A stretch of 28,954 bases of DNA from a virus (taxonomy: Duplodnaviria; Caudoviricetes): IMG/VR virus record IMGVR_UViG_3300027732_000093, positions 1 to 28,954 of that record. One strand, written 5' to 3'. Each line of letters opens with the position of its first letter. Position 1 is the stretch's first letter. The notes below the pieces were generated by a model. The model saw nothing but the letters and a program-made list of their open reading frames with translations, was not told where the DNA came from and searched no databases. The position numbers and the translations under genes are program-made. This document shows, in pieces, positions 1-8,741 of the stretch.

Positions 1-2468
1 GACCCAGTGGATCCTTGAGATCCTGTACTACCTGTAGTACCCTGAGATCCTGTATTTCCAATTATTCCTTGTATGCCTTGAATTCCTTGTGTACCTTGAC
101 TACCTGTAGCACCAGTATTACCAGTAGTTCCCTGTGTACCCTGAACTCCCTGAACTCCTTGAGAACCAGTAGTTCCTGTAGCACCTTGACTTCCTGTAGC
201 TCCTGTAGAACCTTGGCTACCTGTTAATCCTGTACTTCCTTGTGCACCTGTAGTTCCTTGTGATCCAGTTGTTCCTATTGCACCTTGTGAACCTACACTA
301 CCCTGAGATCCAGTATTACCTTGTATTCCTGTTGATCCAGTAGTTCCCTGTAATCCTTGCACACCTTGTATGCCTTGTACACCTTGAGAACCTGTAGATC
401 CAGTTGCCCCTTGACTTCCTGTAATACCTTGACTACCAGTAGAACCTGTACTACCTTGGCTGCCTGTATTACCTACTGTACCTTGAATACCTGTTGTTCC
501 TTGTACACCCTGAATACCTAATAAACCTTGTATACCTTGAATTCCCTGCAGACCAGTTAATCCTTGTATACCCTGAGTTCCTTGAACACCTTGAACACCA
601 ATTAATCCTTGAATACCTTGTAATCCTGTTATTCCTTGAATTCCTTGCAAACCAATTAAACCCTGAGAACCTGTAGTACCTTGTGAGCCAGTAATACCTT
701 GTAAACCAAGAATACCTTGAGTTCCCTGTACACCTTGAATACCCTGACTACCTGTTTGACCTTGAGATCCAGTAGTACCTTGTGTTCCATTAATACCTGC
801 TGTACCTTGTGTACCTATTGCACCCTGTGCTCCAGTAGTTCCTGTGGTTCCTTGTGATCCAGTGCTACCTGTTATACCTTGAACTCCTTGAATTCCTTGA
901 CTACCAGTAGAACCCGTAGATCCAGTTATACCCTGATTTCCAGTTTCACCTTGAATGCCTAAAATACCTTGTATTCCCTGGCTACCAGTTTGACCTTGAG
1001 TTCCTGTGGTACCCTGGGATCCAGTTATACCTTGAACACCTTGTATTCCCTGGGATCCTGTACTACCAGTTGTACCTGTTTCACCTTGTATACCAGTAGA
1101 TCCCTGACTTCCAGTATTTCCTGTTGTGCCTTGTAATCCAATAGTTCCTTGTATGCCCTGAGATCCTGTATTCCCTAATATTCCTTGAATACCCTGTATT
1201 CCTTGGCTACCAGTTGAACCAGTAATTCCCTGAATTCCTTGAGAACCAGTTAAGCCTTGTGTACCTATTATTCCTTGTGGTCCTTGTATTCCTTGAATTC
1301 CTAATAAACCTTGTGTACCTTGAGAGCCAATTTGTCCTTGACTACCAATTGTACCTTGTGTTCCTATTTCACCCTGTATTCCTTGAACTCCCTGTGATCC
1401 AGTATTTCCTGTGTTTCCAGTTGCACCCTGTGAACCAGTACTACCTAATATTCCCTGAGTACCTTGAGTACCTTGACTTCCTGTATTACCAATTATTCCT
1501 TGTAGACCTTGAATACCTTGTATGCCATCATTACCTTGTATGCCTGTTGTACCCTGTGAACCAGTAGTTCCCTGAGAACCAGTTTCTCCTTGAATACCTG
1601 TTAATCCCTGAATACCTTGACTTCCTGTAAAACCTTGTGATCCTGTATTTCCAGTAGTACCCTGACTACCTACAGCTCCTTGTGAACCTGTACTACCAGT
1701 AGATCCTTGTGAACCTGTGTTACCTATAGTTCCTTGGACACCTTGTAGACCAGTTGCACCTTGTACACCTTGTAAACCATCAATTCCTTGTATTCCTTGA
1801 CTTCCTGTTGTCCCTTGTGAACCTACAATTCCTTGTACTCCTTGACTACCCTGTGCTCCAGTGATACCTGTACTGCCTTGTATACCTACAGCACCTTGGC
1901 TTCCAGTTGAACCAGTTGATCCCTGACTTCCTGTATTACCTGTTGCTCCCTGAACTCCAGTTGCACCTATAATCCCTTGTATACCTTGCAGTCCTATTAA
2001 TCCTTGAATACCAGTTTGTCCTTGTGATCCAGTCAAACCCTGTGTACCTTGAGCACCTATAGAACCAGTAGTACCTTGAACACCTTGAAGTCCTTGAATA
2101 CCTTGAATTCCAGTAATTCCTTGAATACCTTGAGTACCAGTAGTTCCTTGAGTACCTTGGATACCTTGAGTACCCTGTATACCTTGAGTTCCTTGAATAC
2201 CTTGAGGTCCCTGAATTCCCTGAATACCATTAGATCCTTGAGCACCTGTGGCACCTTGTGTTCCACTAGTAATTGCCACCCACTGAGTGCCATCCCAAAA
2301 GAATTGTGTATTAAGATCAGTATCCCATACAACAAAGCCTTCATCAGCTGGCCCAAGAGTCAGTCCAATGGTAATACGTTCAATTGTTGTAACAGGATTA
2401 AGAATAAAGTTGGTAATAGCATTACCATCTATATTCATGTCGTGGTAGTATGTTTTACAGTTTGGCAT
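1..2468 (-). CDS. Collagen-like (Gly-X-Y) fibre protein, 3' end truncated by window edge
   Basis: Absent from the ORF track because it has no stop in the window. The ATG at 2468 overlaps the upstream TAA (TAATG). A 68-aa head (MPNCKTYYHDMNIDGN...FVVWDTDLNTQFFWDGTQWVAITS) is followed by GTQ GAT GAQ GSN GIQ... from 2264 to position 1. The Gly register was spot-checked and holds at 301, 607, 904, 1201, 1507, 1804 and 2101 (about 251 triplets). Confidence 0.95.
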   Translation of the reverse strand, partial: MPNCKTYYHDMNIDGNAITNFILNPVTTIERITIGLTLGPADEGFVVWDTDLNTQFFWDGTQWVAITSGTQGATGAQGSNGIQGIQGPQGIQGTQGIQGTQGIQGTQGTTGTQGIQGITGIQGIQGLQGVQGTTGSIGAQGTQGLTGSQGQTGIQGLIGLQGIQGIIGATGVQGATGNTGSQGSTGSTGSQGAVGIQGSTGITGAQGSQGVQGIVGSQGTTGSQGIQGIDGLQGVQGATGLQGVQGTIGNTGSQGSTGSTGSQGAVGSQGTTGNTGSQGFTGSQGIQGLTGIQGETGSQGTTGSQGTTGIQGNDGIQGIQGLQGIIGNTGSQGTQGTQGILGSTGSQGATGNTGNTGSQGVQGIQGEIGTQGTIGSQGQIGSQGTQGLLGIQGIQGPQGIIGTQGLTGSQGIQGITGSTGSQGIQGIQGILGNTGSQGIQGTIGLQGTTGNTGSQGSTGIQGETGTTGSTGSQGIQGVQGITGSQGTTGTQGQTGSQGIQGILGIQGETGNQGITGSTGSTGSQGIQGVQGITGSTGSQGTTGTTGAQGAIGTQGTAGINGTQGTTGSQGQTGSQGIQGVQGTQGILGLQGITGSQGTTGSQGLIGLQGIQGITGLQGIQGLIGVQGVQGTQGIQGLTGLQGIQGIQGLLGIQGVQGTTGIQGTVGNTGSQGSTGSTGSQGITGSQGATGSTGSQGVQGIQGVQGLQGTTGSTGIQGNTGSQGSVGSQGAIGTTGSQGTTGAQGSTGLTGSQGSTGATGSQGATGTTGSQGVQGVQGTQGTTGNTGATGSQGTQGIQGIQGIIGNTGSQGTTGSTGSQGSTG

Positions 2469-3097
2469 TATGATAAATGAGCTGTACCTCCTACAGGGCT
2501 TGTGAATGTAATTGTAATAGTGGTTGAATTAACAACAGCAATAACGCCATCAGCATTACAACCATCACAATCTTCCACCCATACATTAGGTGTATATCCT
2601 AAATTATGATTGATATACCATACAAGTTGTGGATCTGCACAATTTTGAACATATGTAAATCCTGTACCTGTAGTATTGCAAATAGTAATTGAAGGGTTTA
2701 CATTTATACGTGTAATACAACCACCTGTATTAACTTCAATTATATTAGCTGAACTATCCTGTCCTACATAAGACATACCTATTGATCTAGGCCCAGCATG
2801 ACATGTTTGAATTTGATATTTACTTACGTCACACCAAGGTGGTCTATATTCACAAGATGTATCATGAGTGGGATAATAAACAGGTAACCATCCCATATGC
2901 TGTATAGAAACAGCACAAAGAGCTTCTCCATCATCATTAGCTTGATAATTAGCAATGTCTCTACGTAAATCATCTAACCAAAGTTTACCACTTCTTCTAC
3001 AAGACTGTATACCATATTTAGATCTAAGATATTCATCATAGATTGAATTTGCAAAATTCATTAAATACTTATCCCTTTGTGATAATAGATTTCTCAT
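2468..3097 (-). CDS. Cys-rich putative virion/fibre-associated protein, 209 aa
   Basis: ORF track. The C-terminal beta-rich module WYINHNLGYTPNVWVEDxxG...TITITFTSPVGGTAHLS is of a type common in phage fibre proteins. Translationally coupled to the collagen gene. Confidence 0.75.
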   Translation of the reverse strand: MRNLLSQRDKYLMNFANSIYDEYLRSKYGIQSCRRSGKLWLDDLRRDIANYQANDDGEALCAVSIQHMGWLPVYYPTHDTSCEYRPPWCDVSKYQIQTCHAGPRSIGMSYVGQDSSANIIEVNTGGCITRINVNPSITICNTTGTGFTYVQNCADPQLVWYINHNLGYTPNVWVEDCDGCNADGVIAVVNSTTITITFTSPVGGTAHLS

Positions 3098-3107
3098 TTA
3101 TAATTAT

Positions 3108-3239
3108 TTAAGGCTTTTTTTGTACAGCAATCTTTCTTTCATAAGCTACTAAACAAGTTGAACATACTTGTCTTCCGTCTGATGCTACACGTTTTTGGCA
3201 TCCACAAGAAATAACTGTATTACAATTTTGACAGTTCAT
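3108..3239 (-). CDS. Small Cys-rich (putative metal-binding) protein, 43 aa
   Basis: Translated by hand: MNCQNCNTVISCGCQKRVASDGRQVCSTCLVAYERKIAVQKKP (CxxC...CGC...CxxC). A-rich leader AACCAAATAATATG. Fills the intergenic gap. Confidence 0.8.
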   Translation of the reverse strand: MNCQNCNTVISCGCQKRVASDGRQVCSTCLVAYERKIAVQKKP

Positions 3240-3269
3240 ATTATTTGGTTTTTTGGTTTATTAATTATA

Positions 3270-3812
3270 TTAACAATAACTTCCGAATTTTTGTAATCTT
3301 GATTGTGCATACATGAATAAATCCATTCCTTGTTGTAAATCATCACACTGTTCTACTTTTGCTTTAGCTGCATCTATATAAGATTTAATAAGTCTTAATT
3401 CATTTAGAGCATCTTTTACATCAGGCTCAGGTTCACAAGCAGCTAATTCTAATTTGCAAAGTTCGTTATAATATTTATTTAAAGTTTGACAAACTCTAAG
3501 ATAATGATATTCTACAAAAACTTTATCATTTGGACTTACAGAATATCTAAGTGTGTATATACCATCAGGAAGTCTTTCACTTGTTGTTCCACAACCAGAT
3601 GTCTGTAGTCCAAGTGTACAACCATTTAAAATAAGATTAAATCCTTGTAAAACATCTATTACAACAGGTTCATTAAAACCTGGAGAAGTAATTTCCAATT
3701 TAGGACAAGTGATAGGTACATGTTCATCATAGATGCTAGTATCTAATACACGAAAGACACTACAATTATTAGTGTCTGGAACTTCTAAACTTAATTGGTG
3801 TCTGTAAGCCAT
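3270..3812 (-). CDS. Conserved phage structural-module protein (possible tail hub-like), about 180 aa
   Basis: ORF track 3270..3875. The start was moved to the ATG at 3812 (MAYRHQLSLEV) because the TTG start overlaps a promoter-like motif. Contains LPDGIYTLRYSVSP. The role is inferred from position. Confidence 0.7.
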   Translation of the reverse strand: MAYRHQLSLEVPDTNNCSVFRVLDTSIYDEHVPITCPKLEITSPGFNEPVVIDVLQGFNLILNGCTLGLQTSGCGTTSERLPDGIYTLRYSVSPNDKVFVEYHYLRVCQTLNKYYNELCKLELAACEPEPDVKDALNELRLIKSYIDAAKAKVEQCDDLQQGMDLFMYAQSRLQKFGSYC

Positions 3813-3865
3813 TATAGTAAACTTTATAAAGTTATGGGGAAAAATTTCTTTGTACTCTTCAATAT

Positions 3866-3873
3866 TAATATAC
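3866..3873 (-). promoter_or_regulatory. Putative late promoter motif GTATATTA
   Basis: The same motif lies upstream of genes at 6015-6022, 15244-15251 and 25693-25700. This copy directly follows a terminator. Confidence 0.5.
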
Positions 3874-3897
3874 AATTTTTTGAGCAGTTTTCAAAAT

Positions 3898-3933
3898 AAA
3901 AAAAAGGGAGAGACATGTAGTCCACTCCCTTTT
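3898..3933 (-). terminator. Intrinsic terminator after the 668-aa gene
   Basis: AAAAGGGAG...CTCCCTTTT inverted repeat with an 8-U tail on the minus strand. Confidence 0.8.
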
Positions 3934-3951
3934 AGTTTTAATAGGATTTTA

Positions 3952-5958
3952 TTAATATTGTTCAAATGTACCACCTGCAGCATTTGTAGGAATTGTACCA
4001 CCAGCAGCTGTAACAGAACTAACAACGTAATTAGTTAAAGATGATGTTGAAGTACCAGTTGGAACATGGAATACTAACAAATATTGATCATTATCAAACA
4101 TACCACTTGGATTGTTAAATCTAGGAACACTATGTAAAATCATTACTTGATCATACAAAGAAGTTCTTGAAACATTAGCCAATCCAGGATTTTGTTCAAT
4201 TTCTCTCATCCTTAAGCTTTCTACACGAGAACTATCAGGGTAAGCTAATTGTAAATAACGATCAGAAAGAATTATGTCACGTAATACTGTTTCACCAATT
4301 CCTGAAGCTTGAATAGGAGATTGAATTATTGTATTATCATTTGCAGTTGTGTTAGCTCCAGTGTTGCTATTAGAAGTAGTAAAACAATTTACAGCACAAG
4401 GATCACCAGACTCATCAGTTAATGATGTGTAGATTAACAATGGCTCCAAATCATAGTAATCAGTAGGAGTGAAAGTACAGATACCAAATTTAGTTTCAAT
4501 ATAAGCAGCACTTAATTCAATGTGAGCATCTACAGTGAAGCTAGCAGCATCTGCAGCACCAGAGTAAAGAGCAGCACCATTAGAACCAGCAGCAAGAATA
4601 GTAGCATTAGTTGCAATACCTGCAGAAACTACAGCAGATCCACCAACACCAGTTTGAGTACCAGTACCTGGAATAACTGTAGCAGCACCTAATTGAGGAG
4701 TGTCAACAGCACCAGAATAAAGATCATTATAGAATTTAACACTTACAGTGGCACTAATTGTAGGAGCTGTTTGTTGAGTTGGGTAAGTGACTGTAATAGA
4801 AGTACCAGTAGTAAATGCAGTAATAAAAGCATTAGCTGGGATACCTGTACCAACAACTTTTTGACCAAGTGCAACACCATTTGCAGTTGTAAATGCAGCA
4901 GATCCTAAAACAACAACTGAAGTAGTAGCTGCAGTTACAGTTGAAGTGGCAGCTTGAGTTGTTGACAATTGATATACTCTAGCCTGAACCATTGTATTAA
5001 AAATAAGGCTCAAATTAATTTGATCAGCCCAGTTTAACAATGTTGGAACTGGATCTTTTTGCAATGTAGGATCTACAGTGCTGCAACATCCTGTATAAGA
5101 ATCTAATGTTCTATACATATTATGATCCAAGAAACGTAAAGCTGGAGAACCTTTAACATCAACACGTAATCTGTAAGTACTATCACAAGCTAATCCACAA
5201 GTTACAGGAACCTGAACAACCGTTTGACGAGCTTGTTTAGCTGTAACTTTAATTACACGTGAAACATACTTAGGGTTAATCATTTTAGTCTTAACAGACT
5301 CTTTGTAACCACCAAGAGCAGGACTAATTTTATCACTAGTAAAGTAAGAACCTTGAGCAATGATAAAAGGTTTAGCACTAGCTGCTTGAACAGCAACACC
5401 ATCTGGAGAGAAGAAACCTACTTGACCGGCAGTCAAAGAGTTTGTAGATCCAGAAGATAAAGTAGGAACTGAAATACCAAAAGCAATAGAAGCAGTTGTA
5501 GCAATTGTAGCAGTTACAGAACTAGACAAAGTAACCAATGTAGCAGTAACAGCAGTAACTATTGTACCTGCAGGAATACTTGTACCAGTTACAGACATAC
5601 CAACTGAAACACCAGTAGTAGCAGCAAATTGTAATACATTTGGAGCATTGTAAGAAGCACTTGGTGTAGTAACCAATGGAGTTGTTGGAACACCAATAGT
5701 AATTGCTGTTACACCAGATACTAGTGCAGCAGTAATTGGAAGTGATAATGTAATTTCATTAGTTCCAGGTATTGCTGCAACAACTGTTGTACCAGCTTGA
5801 ATACCAGCACCAGAAACAGACTGACCAGCTAATACACCAGTATCACTAGTTAATGTTATTACTGTACCAATTGTGGTACCTAAAGTGGCTGTTGCAAGTG
5901 TAGTACTTGCTGTTGTTGAAGGAAGAAAGCTCTTCCTAAAGGCATGAGGGAAATACAT
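3952..5958 (-). CDS. Structural protein, probable crAss-like auxiliary capsid protein with inserted beta-rich domains, 668 aa
   Basis: T/A/G/S/V-rich. Core segments KESVKTKMINPKYV, YRLRVDVKGSPALRFL and HSVPRFNNPSGMFDNDQYLL. Lies downstream of the ring-protein homologue, as in crAss-like gene order. Has its own promoter-like motif and terminator. Confidence 0.65.
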   Translation of the reverse strand: MYFPHAFRKSFLPSTTASTTLATATLGTTIGTVITLTSDTGVLAGQSVSGAGIQAGTTVVAAIPGTNEITLSLPITAALVSGVTAITIGVPTTPLVTTPSASYNAPNVLQFAATTGVSVGMSVTGTSIPAGTIVTAVTATLVTLSSSVTATIATTASIAFGISVPTLSSGSTNSLTAGQVGFFSPDGVAVQAASAKPFIIAQGSYFTSDKISPALGGYKESVKTKMINPKYVSRVIKVTAKQARQTVVQVPVTCGLACDSTYRLRVDVKGSPALRFLDHNMYRTLDSYTGCCSTVDPTLQKDPVPTLLNWADQINLSLIFNTMVQARVYQLSTTQAATSTVTAATTSVVVLGSAAFTTANGVALGQKVVGTGIPANAFITAFTTGTSITVTYPTQQTAPTISATVSVKFYNDLYSGAVDTPQLGAATVIPGTGTQTGVGGSAVVSAGIATNATILAAGSNGAALYSGAADAASFTVDAHIELSAAYIETKFGICTFTPTDYYDLEPLLIYTSLTDESGDPCAVNCFTTSNSNTGANTTANDNTIIQSPIQASGIGETVLRDIILSDRYLQLAYPDSSRVESLRMREIEQNPGLANVSRTSLYDQVMILHSVPRFNNPSGMFDNDQYLLVFHVPTGTSTSSLTNYVVSSVTAAGGTIPTNAAGGTFEQY

Positions 5959-6014
5959 AGTTTTTAAAATTTAAGGGGTTTATAAATAAATAAGTTTTTA
6001 TTGTGTTTATAATA

Positions 6015-6022
6015 TAATATAC
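6015..6022 (-). promoter_or_regulatory. Putative late promoter motif GTATATTA
   Basis: TTCGTATATTATAT, about 57 nt upstream of the 668-aa gene. Confidence 0.5.
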
Positions 6023-6026
6023 GAAA

Positions 6027-6491
6027 TTATTTCAAAAATAACAATTTATATTTTACACCATTGATTGTACTCTTAGCATTATCAAGCAAATTTACAATCT
6101 CACTGTGTGGGATTATTGACTGCAAAGCAGTTATTTTATCTTTCATTTTACAAAGAAAGTCTAAAGCATCTTCTACAGAATTAAGTTCAGCTGGAGCTGT
6201 ATTAGGAAGTTCTAATATCTTTTCTTCAGCTCCTTGGTATTCTTCTACAAGATCATCAGCATGATTTCCAAAAGCATCATATCCTTTATTAAGAGCTTTG
6301 TGAGCTGCATAAGATCCAAGTCCTGTCACTTTTAAATGTAGTCTATGTAAACTTGTTACAGCATTCAACATGTCTTGAGCTAAAGCTGCTGTTTGCATAC
6401 ATAATCCACATGTTTCTTGCCCTCCCATAGCAGGTGACATTGGTGTAGGTCCACTGATTGAAAATATACCAGGTCTTTGCAATGATCTCAT
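6027..6491 (-). CDS. Dps-like ferritin-superfamily protein (DUF5856-like), 154 aa
   Basis: HLKVTGLGSYAAHKALNKGYDAFGNHADDLVE equals H-x11-H-x14-D-x3-E, the Dps ferroxidase-centre spacing. The size fits a four-helix bundle. Confidence 0.8.
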   Translation of the reverse strand: MRSLQRPGIFSISGPTPMSPAMGGQETCGLCMQTAALAQDMLNAVTSLHRLHLKVTGLGSYAAHKALNKGYDAFGNHADDLVEEYQGAEEKILELPNTAPAELNSVEDALDFLCKMKDKITALQSIIPHSEIVNLLDNAKSTINGVKYKLLFLK

Positions 6492-6496
6492 ATTAT

Positions 6497-7198
6497 TTAA
6501 CTGTTTGTTTGTACTGCTTGTTGTTCTCTTTGATATTGTGTTATACTTTCTATATCACCAGCCAATATCATTGCTGTATTATCAGCTATAATTTCAGCTA
6601 CATCTTCATTAAATTCACATTCTTGATCAGCTGTATATATAGTACCTGTACTAATATTAACACAACCATTAAATTGAATCTCTTGTGGTTTTCTAAAATA
6701 AATTAGATGACACTCTGGAATTGAAAACTGTTCATTTGTATATACTTTGAGTTTATTACTCATTATAGTAGAAACTGTTTCAGCCCACTCAAAGTTTGGT
6801 TGCTTATCTTTATTGTTTAAAATAATAGATATATTAGCTTCCTCTACCTCATATATAGTCATTCTACGTTTTGGACAACATTCTTTTTCAGCAAAAACAT
6901 CAGATCTTACATAGTGAAGATAATCTACAGGTAAACTAGAAGATTCATAATAAATACCTTTATCTACCATTACAAGTTCTTCATGCTTAAGTAATCTTTG
7001 TAGATCATCTATAAGACCACTAGATTGTTCAGCACCTTCTTTACGAAGATTATAACCATAAAGTTGACGTCTTGTCCACTCTATCTGAGCTTTATTAGCT
7101 GCTTCTTGTATTTGCCAACACTCTAGATTATCATAGTCCAGTGAGGCTAGCTTATTCAGCCTTTGTTTTATTTTAATTTGTAATAAGTTATTATTCAT
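6497..7198 (-). CDS. Putative tail ring / head-tail connector protein (crAss-like), 233 aa
   Basis: The N-terminus KQRLNKLASLDYDNLECWQIQEAANKAQ and the LPxDYL and YFRKP motifs resemble crAss-like ring proteins. Lies downstream of the MCP. Confidence 0.65.
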   Translation of the reverse strand: MNNNLLQIKIKQRLNKLASLDYDNLECWQIQEAANKAQIEWTRRQLYGYNLRKEGAEQSSGLIDDLQRLLKHEELVMVDKGIYYESSSLPVDYLHYVRSDVFAEKECCPKRRMTIYEVEEANISIILNNKDKQPNFEWAETVSTIMSNKLKVYTNEQFSIPECHLIYFRKPQEIQFNGCVNISTGTIYTADQECEFNEDVAEIIADNTAMILAGDIESITQYQREQQAVQTNS

Positions 7199-7199
7199 A

Positions 7200-7442
7200 T
7201 TAACATTTCCATTTTCTTAAAGCTAAAGCTTTTCTTGTAGGTTCACCATTAGGTTTTTTCATAGGTCCTTTCACTCCAGACATTCTAGCACAAAAAGATT
7301 TTTTTCTAGGTCCTCCTTCAGGTTGTGGAGCTTTAAGATTAGATCCAGGATTGGCTGCATTGTAAGAAGCTCTACCTTTAGCATTCAAACCACCACTTGG
7401 TGATTTTCCTTCTTTTCTGGTCCAAGCAGGAGTCTTTGCCAT
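7200..7442 (-). CDS. Small basic protein (DUF6321-like), 80 aa
   Basis: AWTRKEGKSPSGGLNAKGRASYN...RKKSFCARM...ALRKWKC, a widespread phage motif. Confidence 0.8.
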   Translation of the reverse strand: MAKTPAWTRKEGKSPSGGLNAKGRASYNAANPGSNLKAPQPEGGPRKKSFCARMSGVKGPMKKPNGEPTRKALALRKWKC

Positions 7443-7444
7443 AG

Positions 7445-7807
7445 TTATTTCTTTTTAGAAGATTTCTTTACCATTCCACCTTTTTTCATAGTAGCTCCAG
7501 CTATTCTATCAGCTGCTGTAGGTTTAGGATTTTTATCAATTCCTTTCTTTACAGAAAGCATACCAAATGAAGTAGATCCACTTTTAGACATTTTAGGTTT
7601 TTTAGATGTACCTATACTACCACCTTTTTTATAACTATTGGCAGCTTGTGCTTCTGCTTTACTAACACGTGGAGCACCTCTTAAAAAGCCACCAACTGTT
7701 CTTCTAACTTTCATATCTTCAATATCTCCTTTATCACCTAATGTAATTTTAGTTACATAGTTTCTACTATCTTCTTTAAGTTTTATCTTTTTTTTAATTG
7801 CATCCAT
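7445..7807 (-). CDS. Lys-rich protein with YKKGG/MKKGG motifs, 120 aa
   Basis: ORF track. Tightly packed with its neighbours and strongly basic. Confidence 0.75.
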   Translation of the reverse strand: MDAIKKKIKLKEDSRNYVTKITLGDKGDIEDMKVRRTVGGFLRGAPRVSKAEAQAANSYKKGGSIGTSKKPKMSKSGSTSFGMLSVKKGIDKNPKPTAADRIAGATMKKGGMVKKSSKKK

Positions 7808-7808
7808 T

Positions 7809-8141
7809 TTATTTATTTTTAGATTTTACAGATCCACCATTTTTCATTCCACAACTTCCACCTATTTTTTTGTAACCCATTTTGTTTCTTACAGCTGTAG
7901 GAAGTTTAGAAAGACCCACTTTATCAGTAGGTACATTTTTTAAAGAACCACCCATAGCCATTTTAGGTTTTTTACCTGCAGCTTTCATAGCAATAGCAGT
8001 AGCAGCTTGTTTTTTAGATTTTCCTACAGATCCACCTTTTTTCATCATTGAATTTTCCATCATTGATCCATCAGGCATCATGTGCATACCACCCATTCCC
8101 TTTTTAGGTTTTGAAGAACCACCTTTTTTCATACTATACAT
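7809..8141 (-). CDS. Lys/Gly/Met-rich protein with repeated MxxGG motifs, 110 aa
   Basis: ORF track. Contains MKKGG twice, MAMGG and MKNGG. Confidence 0.75.
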   Translation of the reverse strand: MYSMKKGGSSKPKKGMGGMHMMPDGSMMENSMMKKGGSVGKSKKQAATAIAMKAAGKKPKMAMGGSLKNVPTDKVGLSKLPTAVRNKMGYKKIGGSCGMKNGGSVKSKNK

Positions 8142-8153
8142 AATATTTAGTTT

Positions 8154-8291
8154 TTATTTTTTTACACAATTATTATAAGTTTTACCATACATTTTTTTAG
8201 TTCCTTTCTTCTCATATCCTGGCCAACAACTTTTAGCAGTTCCACCTTTTTTCATCTTAAGTATATTAGATGTTTTATTTACTTTTGGCAT
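8154..8291 (-). CDS. Small basic protein, 45 aa
   Basis: Translated by hand: MPKVNKTSNILKMKKGGTAKSCWPGYEKKGTKKMYGKTYNNCVKK. Has MKKGG plus a CWxGY...NCV motif. Starts 1 nt after the upstream stop. Confidence 0.8.
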   Translation of the reverse strand: MPKVNKTSNILKMKKGGTAKSCWPGYEKKGTKKMYGKTYNNCVKK

Positions 8292-8292
8292 A

Positions 8293-8562
8293 TTATCTAT
8301 ACTTTTTAGATTTTTCTTTAGCTGACTTTGGTTGAGCTACAAATTGTTTTCCTTTACTATTACCTAAAGCTTTAGCTTTATTAGTAGCAGCTTTTTCACC
8401 AGCAGATAAAGAACTCCAAGCAGCTTCTGGTAAATATCTCTTAGTTCCTTTAGACTTAACTTCTTTAGAAGATCCTTTCTTCTTATTAGATGCAGTTCCA
8501 GAGGTCATCCATTTTTGATCACCCCAGCTTTTAAGACTTTGTTGAGATTTAGCTAATGCCAT
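8293..8562 (-). CDS. Basic protein, C-terminal half of a DUF5872-like family, 89 aa
   Basis: QQSLKSWGDQKW...RYLPEAAWSSLS...ATNKAK...GKQFVAQPK motifs. Confidence 0.75.
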   Translation of the reverse strand: MALAKSQQSLKSWGDQKWMTSGTASNKKKGSSKEVKSKGTKRYLPEAAWSSLSAGEKAATNKAKALGNSKGKQFVAQPKSAKEKSKKYR

Positions 8563-8741
8563 TATTTATATCCTCCACCTTTTGATTTATATTCTTTAGC
8601 AAGTAGTTGAGCTTTTCTAGCTGACCATTCACCAGGATCACCACCTTTACTTCCAGATTTAATTTTACTAAACAAACCTTTTCTCATTCCAGGATTAGTA
8701 TAATTACCTGCTGCATTAACTTTACTTTTTGCTTTTGCCAT
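8562..8741 (-). CDS. Basic protein, N-terminal half of a DUF5872-like family, 59 aa
   Basis: Translated by hand: MAKAKSKVNAAGNYTNPGMRKGLFSKIKSGSKGGDPGEWSARKAQLLAKEYKSKGGGYK. TAATG overlap with the next gene. Confidence 0.85.
   Translation of the reverse strand: MAKAKSKVNAAGNYTNPGMRKGLFSKIKSGSKGGDPGEWSARKAQLLAKEYKSKGGGYK

Noticed and set aside
1-2264. 9-bp periodic DNA as a tandem repeat, CRISPR array or diversity-generating repeat
   Set aside because: The periodicity comes from Gly codons with varied synonymous positions. There are no identical repeat-spacer units.
15-2480. Plus-strand ORFs 15..227, 494..676, 1259..1567 and 2049..2480, and minus-strand 2057..2356
   Set aside because: Shadow frames of the collagen gene. 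Their periodic sequences simply mirror the Gly-X-Y codons.
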